A program made the translations under genes and the position numbers. Source: Hemiscyllium ocellatum (taxonomy: Eukaryota). From it: a stretch of 64,000 nucleotides of DNA. The stretch spans positions 71,982,001 through 72,046,000 of the forward strand of contig NC_083417.1 in the NCBI RefSeq assembly GCF_020745735.1, written 5' to 3'. Below the pieces are notes generated by a model. It was given only the letters and a program-made list of their open reading frames with translations, did not search any database and was not told where the DNA came from. Positions 9,890 through 21,693 of this stretch are shown here, in pieces. Positions within the stretch are counted from its first letter, which is position 1. Every line of letters begins with the position of its first letter.

Positions 9890-12200
9890 CCCATGAAGAA
9901 CGATTGATACTCATTCTGGAAGCTCTGGTGATGGGATTACATCATCAGTTCAGAGGTGGCCATGTTAGGAATGTGTGGCTCTGGGTGACCCATGCCTTAA
10001 TGTAAGGTGATGAGATCTGATGTTGCACATCCAGGGTGATGACGTTGAGATTTTTGTTCTGTTTGTAGAAATAGTGGCCTACGTGGATGAAAGTACAGTA
10101 CAACACTCAAAATGAGGATGGTAGTGTGGTGGTAAGCCATTTCCAAAATGTTATGTTCAGATGTGTTATATCTAAATGATCCCTCTTTTTTGTTGCCACA
10201 ATTCTGCAACTGGCAGGAAGGGCGATGAGGTCCATTTCAGGATGAGCGCAGTCTGGAGGCGACCAGGGCAGGGATATAGAGTTCTTTGCCATAAGCAGTG
10301 ATGCTGGATCCATATCAGCACTCGAGGTTGCTGGAGTAAATTTCATGAAGGCAAGTCGACATGCTGCTCTCTGTAACTGACTCCCGTGATTTGTGTAACA
10401 TGAATGACTTTAGTTGCAGATGTTGTCTATTTCAAATTGAGTTCAACAATTACCTTCAGCAAATCATGGAGGGGAGACTCAGCAATGGTAATTCATTGAA
10501 TTTCAAAGGCCAGTTTTTAGATTCTGTCTTAATGGAGATGGTCATTTTCTGGCAGTCGAGTGGCGGATTTGTTACTTGCCAGTTGTCCGGCCAGGACTGG
10601 ATGCTATCAATATTTTGTTACATTTGGACGTGGACTGATTCAGTGTCTGAGAAGTGGTCGGTGGAGCTGAACTTTGCACAAACATCGCCAGTTATTCAGT
10701 ATTGTGACATCAGGATGAGGGAAAGCCGAGACGACTGACTCCTGATCAGCTTCACGATCTTTCATTGTGCGAGCTAAGACTTCAATGAGCAGAGAGTTTT
10801 CACCTGATTTCCATTTGGTTTTATTTTTCTGGGACTCCTTAGAAAGGCTCATTGCTGACCTTCTCCCAAGAGCAGTTACTTTCACCTCCTCTGCGGTGTT
10901 TAATTCTTTCTGTGTTTGAAAGGAAGGCTGTAATACAGTCAGGGTCTCTGTGGCCCTGGCGGAACCTGAAGTGGGCGTCACTGAGCAGCTTATCAGTGAG
11001 CAAGCGCTACTTCATAGCACTGTTGATGATATCTTCCAACATTTTATTGGCGAAGGTTGGTGACACAGTTATTTCAATTGAGTGACCTTCTAATACCTTT
11101 TGCGCGCATTGGCATACTGCAGATGCTTTCCCACATTTTGACGGAGATGTCAGTGTTGCAGTCGTATTGGATTAGTTTGGCTCGGGTTGTGACAAGTTCT
11201 CGAACACAACTCTTCAATATGTTTGCCTGAATGGTATCAGGTCCCATAGTCTTTGTAGTACCTATTTTCTTGAAACGTTTCTTGACATCACGTCGAGCAA
11301 TACTTGTGATTGGCATTTACGATGCTGTGAAATACTTGAGGAGGCTAAGGTGGTTCATCGACCTGTTCCAGGAGATTGTTATATGTTGCAAAGCCTTTTC
11401 TTTTTGATTGATTTGCTGTGTTTCGTATTCATTGGGTTTGGGATGTTTGTGCAGCTTCCACCTCCAATTACTTGTTTAATGTTAACCAATATTTATGACT
11501 GGATGTGTCAGGATTGCAAAGCTTTGATCCGGTGCTTTTGTTGTGGAGTTCTCTCTTCGAATTGATGTTTATGCTGCCTGACATGCAGTTTGTCCAGTTT
11601 TGTAGCTTTGTCATATTTTTATCCCATATTTAAGTATTCCTGGTGCTGCTCTTGGCATTTCTTCCTGCACATTCTTTGTAATTGCGTTTGATTCCCTGGC
11701 TTGATAGGGTTGACAGAGTGGCGAATCTGCTGTGCCATACTTTGCAAATTGGTATGAATATAATTGATTGTTGCCGATGGCCACAACACCTCATGGATAC
11801 CGTGCTTTCAGTTATTATACCTGTTCCAAATCTACCTCATTGAGCACGATTGTGGTGCCACACAACACGAAAGTTTCGATGCTCACTCAAAGATGTGACT
11901 TCATATTCTCAAGAACAGTCAGTGGTCTCTCGTATGGATACAATTATGGTTAGATGCATCTGCGACAGTCGGGTTGTTGAAGCTGAGGACAGTTTTGTCC
12001 CCTCTTTTTGGCACACTTCCTCCCCAAATGCTGCCAACCCAGTTAACCACCTTTTGTACTCGGCCAACCTGGATAGTACTTGGACTGCCGAACCCTCATG
12101 ATAATAGACATTTAAGTTACTTGCTCAAGGTACACCCAGTACTCTTGACCCAGTCACTGCTTTCTCCAAGTGCTAATTAACAGGGATTCTTGTTGACTAA
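9890..12200 (-). mobile_element. Decayed non-LTR retrotransposon (endonuclease end plus RT), unit 1
   Basis: Minus-strand remnants KTMGPDTIQANILKSCVREL and KELNTAEEVKVTAL match LINE RT N-terminal regions (K..GPD.IP..VLK; ..ALD..KAFD). Many stops and frameshifts. Confidence 0.72.
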
Positions 12201-12989
12201 TCTTTCCCGGCTTGCATGACGTCACTGTTGTCGCAGCATCTGGTCTGACATTAAATTTTCACCTGTTTCAGAATCAGTGAAATTAAATTGTTAATCTTGT
12301 TTAATCTCATTGCTTCTGATCAATCGTGAGGCATCGTCAACAGCAGTGGGACAGAGTGCTTTTCCAACATTTGTTTATGATATTTCAGCCTCGTCTACCC
12401 ATGTGGCTGACCAAATTCTTTAGTCTGCTTGATAATGCTGAATAATGAAGGGTAGTTAGCGCACTGTAACAGGTGATTCCTTGTCTAGGAGGACACCCTA
12501 ATGTCATTGATCCCTTACTATGTTTAACTAACGTCCCAGAAGAGAACAAAGACTATCGAGATCTAAAGATGGAAATGCTCGAGAAACGCAAGAGATTTGT
12601 CATCTCCGTTGGAGAGAGAAACAGAGTTAATGTTTCCTGTCCGGCATGTGACTGTTCCGGGAAATCCAATCCACAGACTTTTTCAGAATTTATCCAGCAA
12701 TGTCTCATTTTATCTTAAATTGTCACCATGCTTAGGGGTCTGCGTTTATTTCCCCACCCCAAAACCAAATGAAATACTATTGATCTTTGTTTTCAACGTT
12801 TTTCAATTGTCAGTAATGACCATTCAGTACTGCTGCTTTGGCAGAATGGTAATCATTTAATAATCGTATTGTTTTGGATGGAGCTCGAAATTGCTCACTG
12901 GTGGCATTGGAAGGCACTGTCAACAAAAAATAACCAGAATGCGTTTTTTTTACATCTCTGGCTGATACTTTTGCATCTTCTATAGTCAC

Positions 12990-14880
12990 AGGTGAGGTCT
13001 GTTAGATTGGTGGTTGTGAACGTTGTGCCCTTTTTCAAGAAGGGCCCCCCCAAAAAACCTGGGAACAAGAGACCAGTAAGCCGAACATCTGTGGTGGGTA
13101 CGTTAGTTGAAAAGATTCTGAGGGTAAGATATGCATGCATTTATATGTCATGTTGTTGTTGTACAGGACATTGGTTTGGCCACTTTTGTAACATTGCGTG
13201 CAATTCTGGTCTCCTTCCTCGGGGGCAGACGCTGTGAAACTTGGCAGGGTTGAGAAAAGATTGACAAGGATGTTGCCAGGCTTGGAGAATTGTAGCTCTC
13301 GGGAGAGGCTGTGTAGGCTGCGGCTGTTTTCCCTGGAGCATCGTAGGCTGAGAGGTGACCATATATAGGTTTATAACATCATGAGAGGCATGAATAGGAT
13401 AAATAGACAAAGTTTCTTCACTGGGGTGGGGCGTCGAGGACTAGAGGACACTGGTTTAGGGTGAGAGGGGAAAAATATAGAAGAGAACTAAGGGACAACT
13501 TTTTCACAGAGAGGGTGGCACATGTATGGAATGAGCCATCAGTGGAAGTGGTGGAAGCTCGTACAATTGCAACATTTAAAAGGCATCTGCATGGTATATG
13601 AATAGGAAGGTTTTGGAGGGATAGAGGCAGGGTGCTAGCAGGTGGGAGTAGATTTGGTTGGGATATCTGGTCGGCGTGGGCTAGTTGTTTCCATGCTGTA
13701 CATCTCAATGATTCTGTGACGGGTTTGATTAGGGATAATCGACATATCTTTGTGCGTTGGAGATCCTGCCTCGGAAATATAGAGTTTTTTTCACGAAGTG
13801 GCCAGCAAGCGACTTGGGCAGGGTGGTAAACATAGTCTGTATGGTTTTCTGTAAGGTTTTTGATGAGGTTTCACGTGGTAATTTGCTCTAGAAGATCACA
13901 TGGCATGGAATCCAGGGGGAGCAGGCAAATTGGATACACAGTTGGCTCGATTGTAGGAAGCTGAGGCGAATAGTGGAAGGATGTTTGTCGGACGGAGGCC
14001 TGTGACGAGTGAGGTGCCTCAGGGTTCGCTGCTGTATCTATTGCTGTTTGTTTTTGATATCAACGATTTGGACTGGAATGTACAGACATGATTAGTAACT
14101 TTGTGGATGACACTAACATAGGCAGTATCGTGCACAGTGAGGAAGGTTATTAGAAATTTTAGCAGTACCTTGATCAGCTGGGATATTGGGCCAAGAAATG
14201 GCGAATGCAGTTCAGTGTAGAAAAGTGTGAGGTCTTGCATTTTGGGAAGTCAAATCAAGGTAAGAGTTTCATGTCGAATGGTAAGTCCTTAAGGATTGTA
14301 CTGCAACAGAAGGTCCTTGGAGATCAGGGGCATGGTTCTCTCCAAGTAGACAGGTAGACAGGGCAGTGAAGAAGGCTTTTGGCACACTGGCCTTCATTAG
14401 TCAGTGCATTGAGTATAAAAGTTGTGAAATTATGTTGCAGTTATACAGGGCGTTGCTGAGGTTGACGTGGCGTATTGTGTTCCAATTTTGCTCACGGTGT
14501 TATAGGGAGGATGTTATTAAACTAGAAAGAATGCAGAAGAAATTTGCAAGGAAGTTTCCAGGACTCAACTAACTGAATTGTAGGGAGAGGTTGGCCAATC
14601 TCGGACTTTTTACTTTATAACAAAGGAGACGGAGGGGTTTTTTGAAATGTACAAAATCAAAAGGAGCATGGATAGGGTGAATAAGCTCAGTCCGTTCCAC
14701 CGGGTTGGCGAATTGCAGAGTAGAGGGTATCACTTAACGCTTAGAGGGGAAAGAATAAAAGTGAACCTGAGGGCAACTTTTTTACAGAGTGTGGTACTCA
14801 TATGGAATGAAGTGACAGCAGAAGTGGTTGAGGCAGGTACAGTAATTACATTTAAGGGACATTTGGACAAATACATGGTT
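12990..14880 (+). mobile_element. Patchwork of CR1 LINE fragments, unit 1
   Basis: VVPFFKKG..PGNKRPVSRTSVVG, KKAFGTLAFISQCIEYKS and FLQSVVLIWNE are CR1 RT motifs; CR1 3' tails also present. Confidence 0.85.
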
Positions 14881-16097
14881 AGGCAAACTATAACAAATTA
14901 AAATTCCAACATATTAAATAAGCAAAGAATCGGATTGCATTAAATTTTTAGACATAAATAATTGTAAATAATTTAATAGATTTTATATATTTCTGCACTG
15001 CCGCAGTAAGACTACACTCAGTGTATTGCGCTCAATTTTGATTTCTTTACTTCCGAAATTGTTGGTTTGTAGACTGTGCACATCATGCTCTTTAGATTCA
15101 TTCGCGATATCAGAATACTATTCCATTGAGCAAGATTTAATTCATAAATCTATATTCCCTGGCATTTAGTATAATCCAAGGTGAAATTATTGAAGGTGTA
15201 AACAAGAATGGCTTCATCAGCTTAATTCATGTTTCAAGCTTTTGCTCTTGGATCAGATCGGAACTTGTTCTCCAAAAGACCTGCTCATTCTGGACCCGGA
15301 TGAGCAGCTGTTCCTTCTCCCCTCAGTGTTGTAAGGTCTACAGAAGCTTCTACGTTAGATGAATATGATTTTCTCAGCTTAGAGGACACTTCTAAATGGC
15401 AACATGGACCATCCTGCCAGTTTTTTTTTCTTGTTTGAAAAGCATCTGACACATCTAATTATTGTGAAAATTCCCCAGAAATTCAACTATTCAGGACAGA
15501 TAAGGATACATTTTTGGTTTGACTATGGGAATCAAGGAATGTGCAGGAAATGTAGAACGATGGAATGGAGGTGATTATCAGCAAACATCCGAACAAATAG
15601 CGTAGTCCCATTCTTATTCCTGTTGATATATTGTATTAAATGTAAACAAAACATTAATGGACTGGGCACGCAGTAGTGATTTGCATATATGGGCAATAGT
15701 GAAGTTAAACAAAAGAGAGAGTTTAACAAAAATAATAGATACCTTCAGGCGAAAGCAGAACACCTAGATAATATATAGGATGTCTAATTTGTCATCACAA
15801 GGAATGGATCGACGTGAGGATGGATTTAAGGTAAATCCAGACCAGTTCACGAGGTATCTCTTAATAAACACTATTGCATTGTCGTTTGTGACGTAAAGAG
15901 AGTTGGGAAGATGATGGTGTGGAGCATACTAAATGGCTCAGTCCTGTTGAGTTCCCGTGCTTTAAAGAATAAGATCATCTGCTTAGCAATGCTATGCGAC
16001 ATGACTGACCAAGTAAATCGTCTGATCAAATAAAATCTAACTGGACAACGGTCTTCGATATTCTGCATTCCCATTTAAAATGTATGCCAGTAATGCA

Positions 16098-16103
16098 TTT
16101 ATT
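16098..16103 (-). promoter_or_regulatory. AATAAA poly(A) signal of the orphan tail cassette (also 37241-37246 and 58568-58573)
   Basis: Lies in a block homologous to the 3' UTR poly(A) block at 21335-21385. Confidence 0.5.
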
Positions 16104-16685
16104 CCATTGCTTTTGCAGGAATCTAGAGATTGAAGACTAAACTAACGTTCAATTGCCAGAGGCGAGCAACGGTTACATCGCCTGCACCTTCCACCAACTC
16201 CATCAATCACAATATAGTTCACAAAGAACCCTGCACCTGCACAGATATTAGTAGAAGGTTATTGCATTGTGATTTGTGACGCAGGGTGGGAGGATGTTTG
16301 TGTAGAACATAAACTGTGGCTGAGGCCTGTTCAGTTCCAGTGCTGTAAACATCAAGGTAAACCGCTAAGTAATGCGATACGACATGACAAGTGAATAACA
16401 CGTGACTGGACAGCGGTCTTCACCGCTTTTCCTTCCCATTTCAAAACCGTGACAGAAATGCATTGATTCTCGTGCTTTTGCAGGATTCGTGAGATTTGCA
16501 CAAAATAAAACAAAAAAAAAACTTTATTTATCAGAATCTAGTTTTTGTTACAACTCCCACTCCTTCTTCCACTTCCATTCAATGACGGTGTAGTTCATGA
16601 GCAACTTAACGCATAAAGTTACCCTTTGTATTCAACTAATACAACTTCCCTGTGTAACTGTAATATCATTGAACATTGTTGGAGT

Positions 16686-17660
16686 TCATGGAATCCAGGG
16701 GTTCCCGCTTCCCTTGCACATCTCGACCCCTGCATACTCCGCCGGTTCGTTCCTTTGTTTTCGTCTTGACATTTTCTCGAAGGTGGTGAGATTCAAAGAC
16801 GCATTCATCAGTTCACCAACTGTGCGGTGCTTAGCCTGCGTGAGAACGAATGAATTATGAGGACGTCTTCTGACTCTGTTTAATAAAATCATTCAGGTTG
16901 TCCGTGTACATTACTGAGATCGGATTTATATTAGAGTGATCCCGGTTGGAATTGTTAATTTTCAACACAGTACCTGCGCATCGACAACTCTTCCTTCATT
17001 AACGGTCTCCCGGTTTTTCTTGGGTCGCTGTAAACGCAATAGTATTTTCTTGGGTACTGTAAACGCAATAGTATTACATGTTGGGGGTGATCAGTTGCTG
17101 CATATCAGGGCTGTGCGATCACCGCTGCCAAGCCCAGCAGCTCTTATTCCGACCCGTTCAGAGAAATAATCAATCAAATTCCTCACTCAAAGTATGTCCT
17201 GCACCCTTGTCCTCAAAGTCATCCTTTATAAACGGGGGTCCAGCAAATCAGTGAAAACAAAACACTGATTTTTGCAAAGAGGTTTCAGCCAGAACAGCCA
17301 AGTGTATGATCCATCTTGATTTCCTCCTGTGCTCCACAGTATTACAAATGCCCGTCTTCAGGCAATCCAATACACTTCATTTGCAATCATTAAACAGTCG
17401 GAGAGACTGGAGATTACAAATGCACTGTGACAGCAGACTTCTGCTCCAGAATTTGCCGCAACGCTAGCCAAGCTGTTCTGTATAACCAGAACCCAGGCAT
17501 CTGTGCAAAACTGCAGAAAAGAATCGGGGTGTGTCCACATATGCGAATTGTATGATAAAGCAAATACTGTCCCATCAATCTACGACCTGTTATCTGCTTT
17601 TTCCACTCAGCACCTGATTTCATTCCAGACTTTACAGGACTCTTTGCAATTCTCCAGGAG
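16686..17660 (-). pseudogene. Orphan diverged cytoplasmic-tail cassette, unit 1 (A' exon partly deleted, B' exon 16686-16835 open)
   Basis: B' = AKHRTVGELMNASLNLTTFEKMSRRKQRNEPAEYAGVEMCKGSGNPWIP*, homologous to exon 21547-21693. GATTTCATTCCAGAC is shared between about 17615-17630 and 23005-23020. No L/V/C/TM exon found upstream. Confidence 0.75.
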
Positions 17661-18109
17661 CTTCTGGTTTTATTGTAGATTTCCGTCATTTGCAGCACTC
17701 TGGTTTGTTTTAATCAGACGTTTGGGAAAAGCATAATATGATTAGGCAGAGTCAAAGGGGACTATTAGGTGAAAAATTACAGTGGGTAGTACCATGACAT
17801 TTCTTGACGATACAATTGTTAGGACAGATGAGAGCGAAGTACTGGTTACAGTTAGAGAACAAAGAATGCGCTCAGGTTTGACAGGAAAGGTTATTAGAAA
17901 TAATCTGACTCATGAGATTTGAGATAATATATTATCATAGATTGAACATTAGCGATCAGGTAGAAATTGGAAAAGTCAACGATTTTTATTTTGTGGGATG
18001 GGAAGGTAAAGCATTTTCCAGTGCAGGGTCACAAGGATTTGTGCTTGATACTTAGCAATCTACAATCTGTATCAGTGACCGATATGAAGTTAGGCGAATG
18101 TAATTAGTT

Positions 18110-18430
18110 CAGATGCCCTACAGTATGGAAACAGGCCCTTCAGCCCAACAAGTCCACACACACCCTCCGAGTGTAACTCACCCAAACCTACTCCCGTACC
18201 CCATTTTTAAACCTGACTAATGCACCTAACATTATGGGCAATTTAGCATGGCCAATTCACCTGACCCGCACATCTTTGGATTGTGGGAGGAAACCAGACC
18301 ACCCGGAGGAAACCCATGCAGACACGGGGAGAATGTGCAAACTCCACACAGACAGTTGTCGGGGCAGGAATCGAACGCAGGATCATAACACAGTGAGGCA
18401 GCAGTGCCAACCACAGAGCCTCCATGCACC
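18110..18430 (-). mobile_element. HE1-type tRNA-derived SINE (also about 39640-39950 and 60300-60615)
   Basis: Body GTGTGGAGTTTGCACATTCTCCCCGTGTCTGCATGGGTTTCCTCC and CR1-like tail GGGCCTGTTTCCATACTGT. Confidence 0.8.
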
Positions 18431-18499
18431 ATGAAAAGCTGCAAACATTGCCCAATAAACACTCAAATTATGTAATGTAGAATCCCTAGAGTGTAGGAA

Positions 18500-19420
18500 G
18501 AGGATATTCGGCCCAACAAACCCAGACTCATTCCCCAGACTAGTTTACTTAACTTGCACGCTAAGCACACTTTGACATGACCATCTAACATGTCTGTCTA
18601 TGAATTTTTGGGTGAAAACCGAATGACCGGAAGAAAGTCGCGCATAGAATTGGAAACTCCACAAAGTCACCCGAAACAGGTGTCGAAGGCGGGTCGCTGA
18701 CATCGTGAAATAGCAGCGCTAACCACTGAACCACTGTGCTGCCCAGCGGCGCTGCCTTTTGGGAAGGCAAATCAGAGCAGGAATTTTACACTTATTGGTA
18801 AGGTTCTGGGAAGTGTGACTGAACAAAGAGACCTTGGAGTGCAGTCGCAGGCAGACAGGATAGGGAAGAGGACGTTTGATACACTTGTCTTTATTGGTCA
18901 ATGCATTGCACGTAAGAGTTGGGTGGTCATGTTGCGGCTGGAGACATGTCGTTGGTTTGGATGTTGTGAAACTTGAAAGGGGTAAGAAAACAATGACATG
19001 AATATTGCCAGTGTTGGAAGTTTTGAGCGAGAGAGAGAGAGAGGTTGAACAGGCTGGAGCTATTTTCATTGAGGCGTCGGAAGCTGATGGGTGACCTCAT
19101 AGAGGTTTATAAAACCATGAGGGTCATGGAGAGTGTAAATAGACAAGGTCTTTTCCCCAGAGTGGGGGAGTCTAAAACTAGAGGGCGTAGCATTATGGCG
19201 AGAAAGGAAATATTTTAAAAGGACCTAAGGGGGAACCTTTTCACGCAGAGAGTGGTGCGTGTATGGAATGTGCTTCCAGAGGAAGTGGCGGAGATTGGTA
19301 CAATTACAACATTTAAAAGGCACTTGGGTGGGTTAATGGGTCGGTAGGGTTTAAAGTGATATGGGTAAAATCCTGGCTGATGGGACTTCATTAATGTAGA
19401 ATCCCTGTACGGCTTGGACA
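18500..19420. mobile_element. SINE remnant (minus) followed by CR1 fragment (plus); also about 40020-40940 and 60680-61600
   Basis: GCACAGTGGTTCAGTGGTTAGCGCTGCT head on minus; LNRLELFSLRRRKLMGDLIEVYK CR1 motif on plus. Confidence 0.75.
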
Positions 19421-19983
19421 AATTGGAACGTTTCCGTGATGTACTTAATGACTCTGAGTGACTCTAAGCTCTATATTATAACTTTGTGACTCTGAGCGAT
19501 TATTCGTTTTCAATCAGTGTTTTCAGTCAAGACTGTCTCTTGATCGAGGAACCACGCAAGAGCTAGAGCACAATTTGTGAAGTGTGAAGTTATATCCTTT
19601 GAAGTGATTAAAGTGAGTAACGAAAATGTATATAATGCCGAAGGCCTGTGGAAATTTGTTTCACGGTCGTTTAGGAGACTTAAGGAGGAACCAGAACAAA
19701 TAATCATTCCAATACAGTAAGCAATCAGGGAATCTGATCACGTGTCAGTTCTGATTAGACACGAATTATAATATACAACTTAAAGAGATTTTACACAATT
19801 GTGCAGTACTTCAATAAGATGGCATTCATTGTATTGGTTTCAATTTTGATTTCTTTACGAAAGAAAGCATACCCTTGTTTTGAAAACCAGACACCAAATG
19901 GTTTTTTTAGATTCACGCAAGGTTTCAGAGAATTCTTCTGTGCAGCAAGGTTTAATTCATCACATTAACTAACTTTAGCCAGA

Positions 19984-20088
19984 GTAAAAACCCTTCCTGA
20001 TGAAGGGCTTATGCTCGAAACGTCGAATTCTCTATTCCTGAGATGCTGCCTGGCCTGCTGTGCTTTGACCAGCAACACATTTTCAGCT
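19984..20088 (+). mobile_element. 105-bp Penelope-derived insertion with 14-bp target-site duplication and hammerhead-like core
   Basis: Flanked by TAACTTTA(G/A)CCAGA at 19970-19983 and 20089-20102. Core CTGATGA-AGGGC(TTAT)GCTC-GAAAC at 19997-20021. Also present at 62183-62287; single empty site at 41493-41506. Confidence 0.8.
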
Positions 20089-21084
20089 TAACTTTAACCA
20101 GACGCCATGTCATCGGAAGATGTAAAAAAAAATCAAATCATAATCTTGGTGGAGTTAATGTAGGAAATCATTGCTAGAAGCTATGGCCAAAATCACTTCT
20201 TCTCAAAAAGGGACTGATCAGATGAGGAGAAGTTCCTTCCTTCAAGGTGTTGTAGATCTTTCGACTCCTCAACCTAACAGGAATATGTCTAGTTCAGCAG
20301 GGAATTGCTCCTATATTGCTATATCGACCATCCTGCGAAGTATCTTTGTTTGTTTATAAGTTATCTAAGACATCTGGCTATCGTCAAAAGTGAAAGAAAC
20401 GTTATTTTGTCTATTCCAGACAGACATGCATTCTTTTATGGACATTCAGGTGATCATGACTTGTACGGAGAGAGTCTGAGGCAATTATGGTCAAAGAACC
20501 TACTCTGTTCTTAGTCCTTATAACAAATGTCATTACGTTTGTACAATATATTAACTAAGTTGGCTGAAAGGAGATATTTACATTTATGGGCGATGCGGGA
20601 AATAGAAGTTGGAAACAAAAAATGCATCTAATTAGAAAAAAGGTTTGGAGAAAATAAAACACCCGGGAAAGGTTTAGAACGTGTTATTCACCATCACAAA
20701 GAATGAATGGACTTGAGAATGGATTTAGGAGGAACCTGGACAAATTCATGAGGGAGACATTAATAGAAGGCTATTGCATTCGGTTTTGTGAAGTAGGGCA
20801 GGATGGTGGAAATTCGTCCAGAACATCAAGTGCGGCCTCGACCTGTTCAGTTTCTGTGTAGACATTAATATAGATTGCTCAGCAATACTATCTCATTATT
20901 AAATAGTCTGATGCACAATATTTTGATGTGAAGATGCCGATGTTGGGCAGAGATAGACAAAACTGAAAATCACACGACACTAGATTTGAATCCAACAAGG
21001 ACTATCATTTTGGACTATAATCTTGAGTCCTATGATTTTCAATTTTGACTACAATTTGACTAAACGAAGGGGACCACTGCGGGC

Positions 21085-21320
21085 TCACAACGCCAGGAAC
21101 CAGGGCTGGATTTCACCCTCAGTTGTTATCTGTGTGGAGTAGCACATTCTTCCCGCGTCTGCGTGGGTTTCCGCCCCGTCCTCCGGTTTCCTCCTGTGCA
21201 GGCTCGGTGGATTGGCAATGGGAAAAGCAGGTTTATAAGGATTGGGTGGGATGAATTTCGGTGGATCAGCGTGGACTCTATGGGCCCAATGGCCTGCTTT
21301 CACACTGTAGGGATTCAATG
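21085..21320 (+). mobile_element. HE1-type SINE remnant (also about 42488-42720, and 63285-63492 truncated)
   Basis: TGTGTGGAGTAGCACATTCTTCCCGCGTCTGCGTGGGTTTCC body and GGGCCCAATGGCCTGCTTTCACACTGTAGGGATTC tail. Confidence 0.75.
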
Positions 21321-21359
21321 ATTTTCGTCATTCCCATTTAACACAATGACAATAATGGA

Positions 21360-21365
21360 TTTATT
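21360..21365 (-). promoter_or_regulatory. Likely poly(A) signal of gene B (gene C equivalent 42763-42768)
   Basis: AATAAA about 180 nt past the stop, followed by GT-rich TTGTCATTGTGTT. Confidence 0.6.
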
Positions 21366-21546
21366 CCATTGCTTTTACAGGAATCGAAGGATTTGAAGGA
21401 TAAACAGAGGTTCAGCAATTAGAATACACCATCGATTAAGGTATCGTTCACAATCAACCCATCACATCTGGCTTGTTGTCTTTTTCAAATAAACAAAACA
21501 AAAGCAACTTTTCTGTAACTGTACTATCACTGAATATTGTTGGAGT

Positions 21547-21693
21547 TCATGGAATCCAGGCGTTTCCGCTTCCCTTTTTTATTTTGACCTCTGCATACTC
21601 CGCCTCCTTTTTATTTGGTTTTCTTGCCGTTTTCTCGGAAGCGGAAAGATTCAAAGACGCGTAGGTCAGTTCGCCAGCTGTCCGGTGCTTTGT
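21547..21693 (-). CDS. Gene B terminal exon with canonical ITIM (LTYASL) and distal AEYAEV motif
   Basis: TKHRTAGELTYASLNLSASEKTARKPNKKEAEYAEVKIKKGSGNAWIP*; acceptor ttttattacag. Confidence 0.85.
   Translation of the reverse strand, partial: TKHRTAGELTYASLNLSASEKTARKPNKKEAEYAEVKIKKGSGNAWIP

Noticed and set aside
16100-16125. Recurrent plus-strand acceptor-like TTTTGCAG/GA motifs suggesting an antisense gene
   Set aside because: All three frames close within a few codons at this site; the motif is better explained as part of the duplicated minus-strand poly(A) block.
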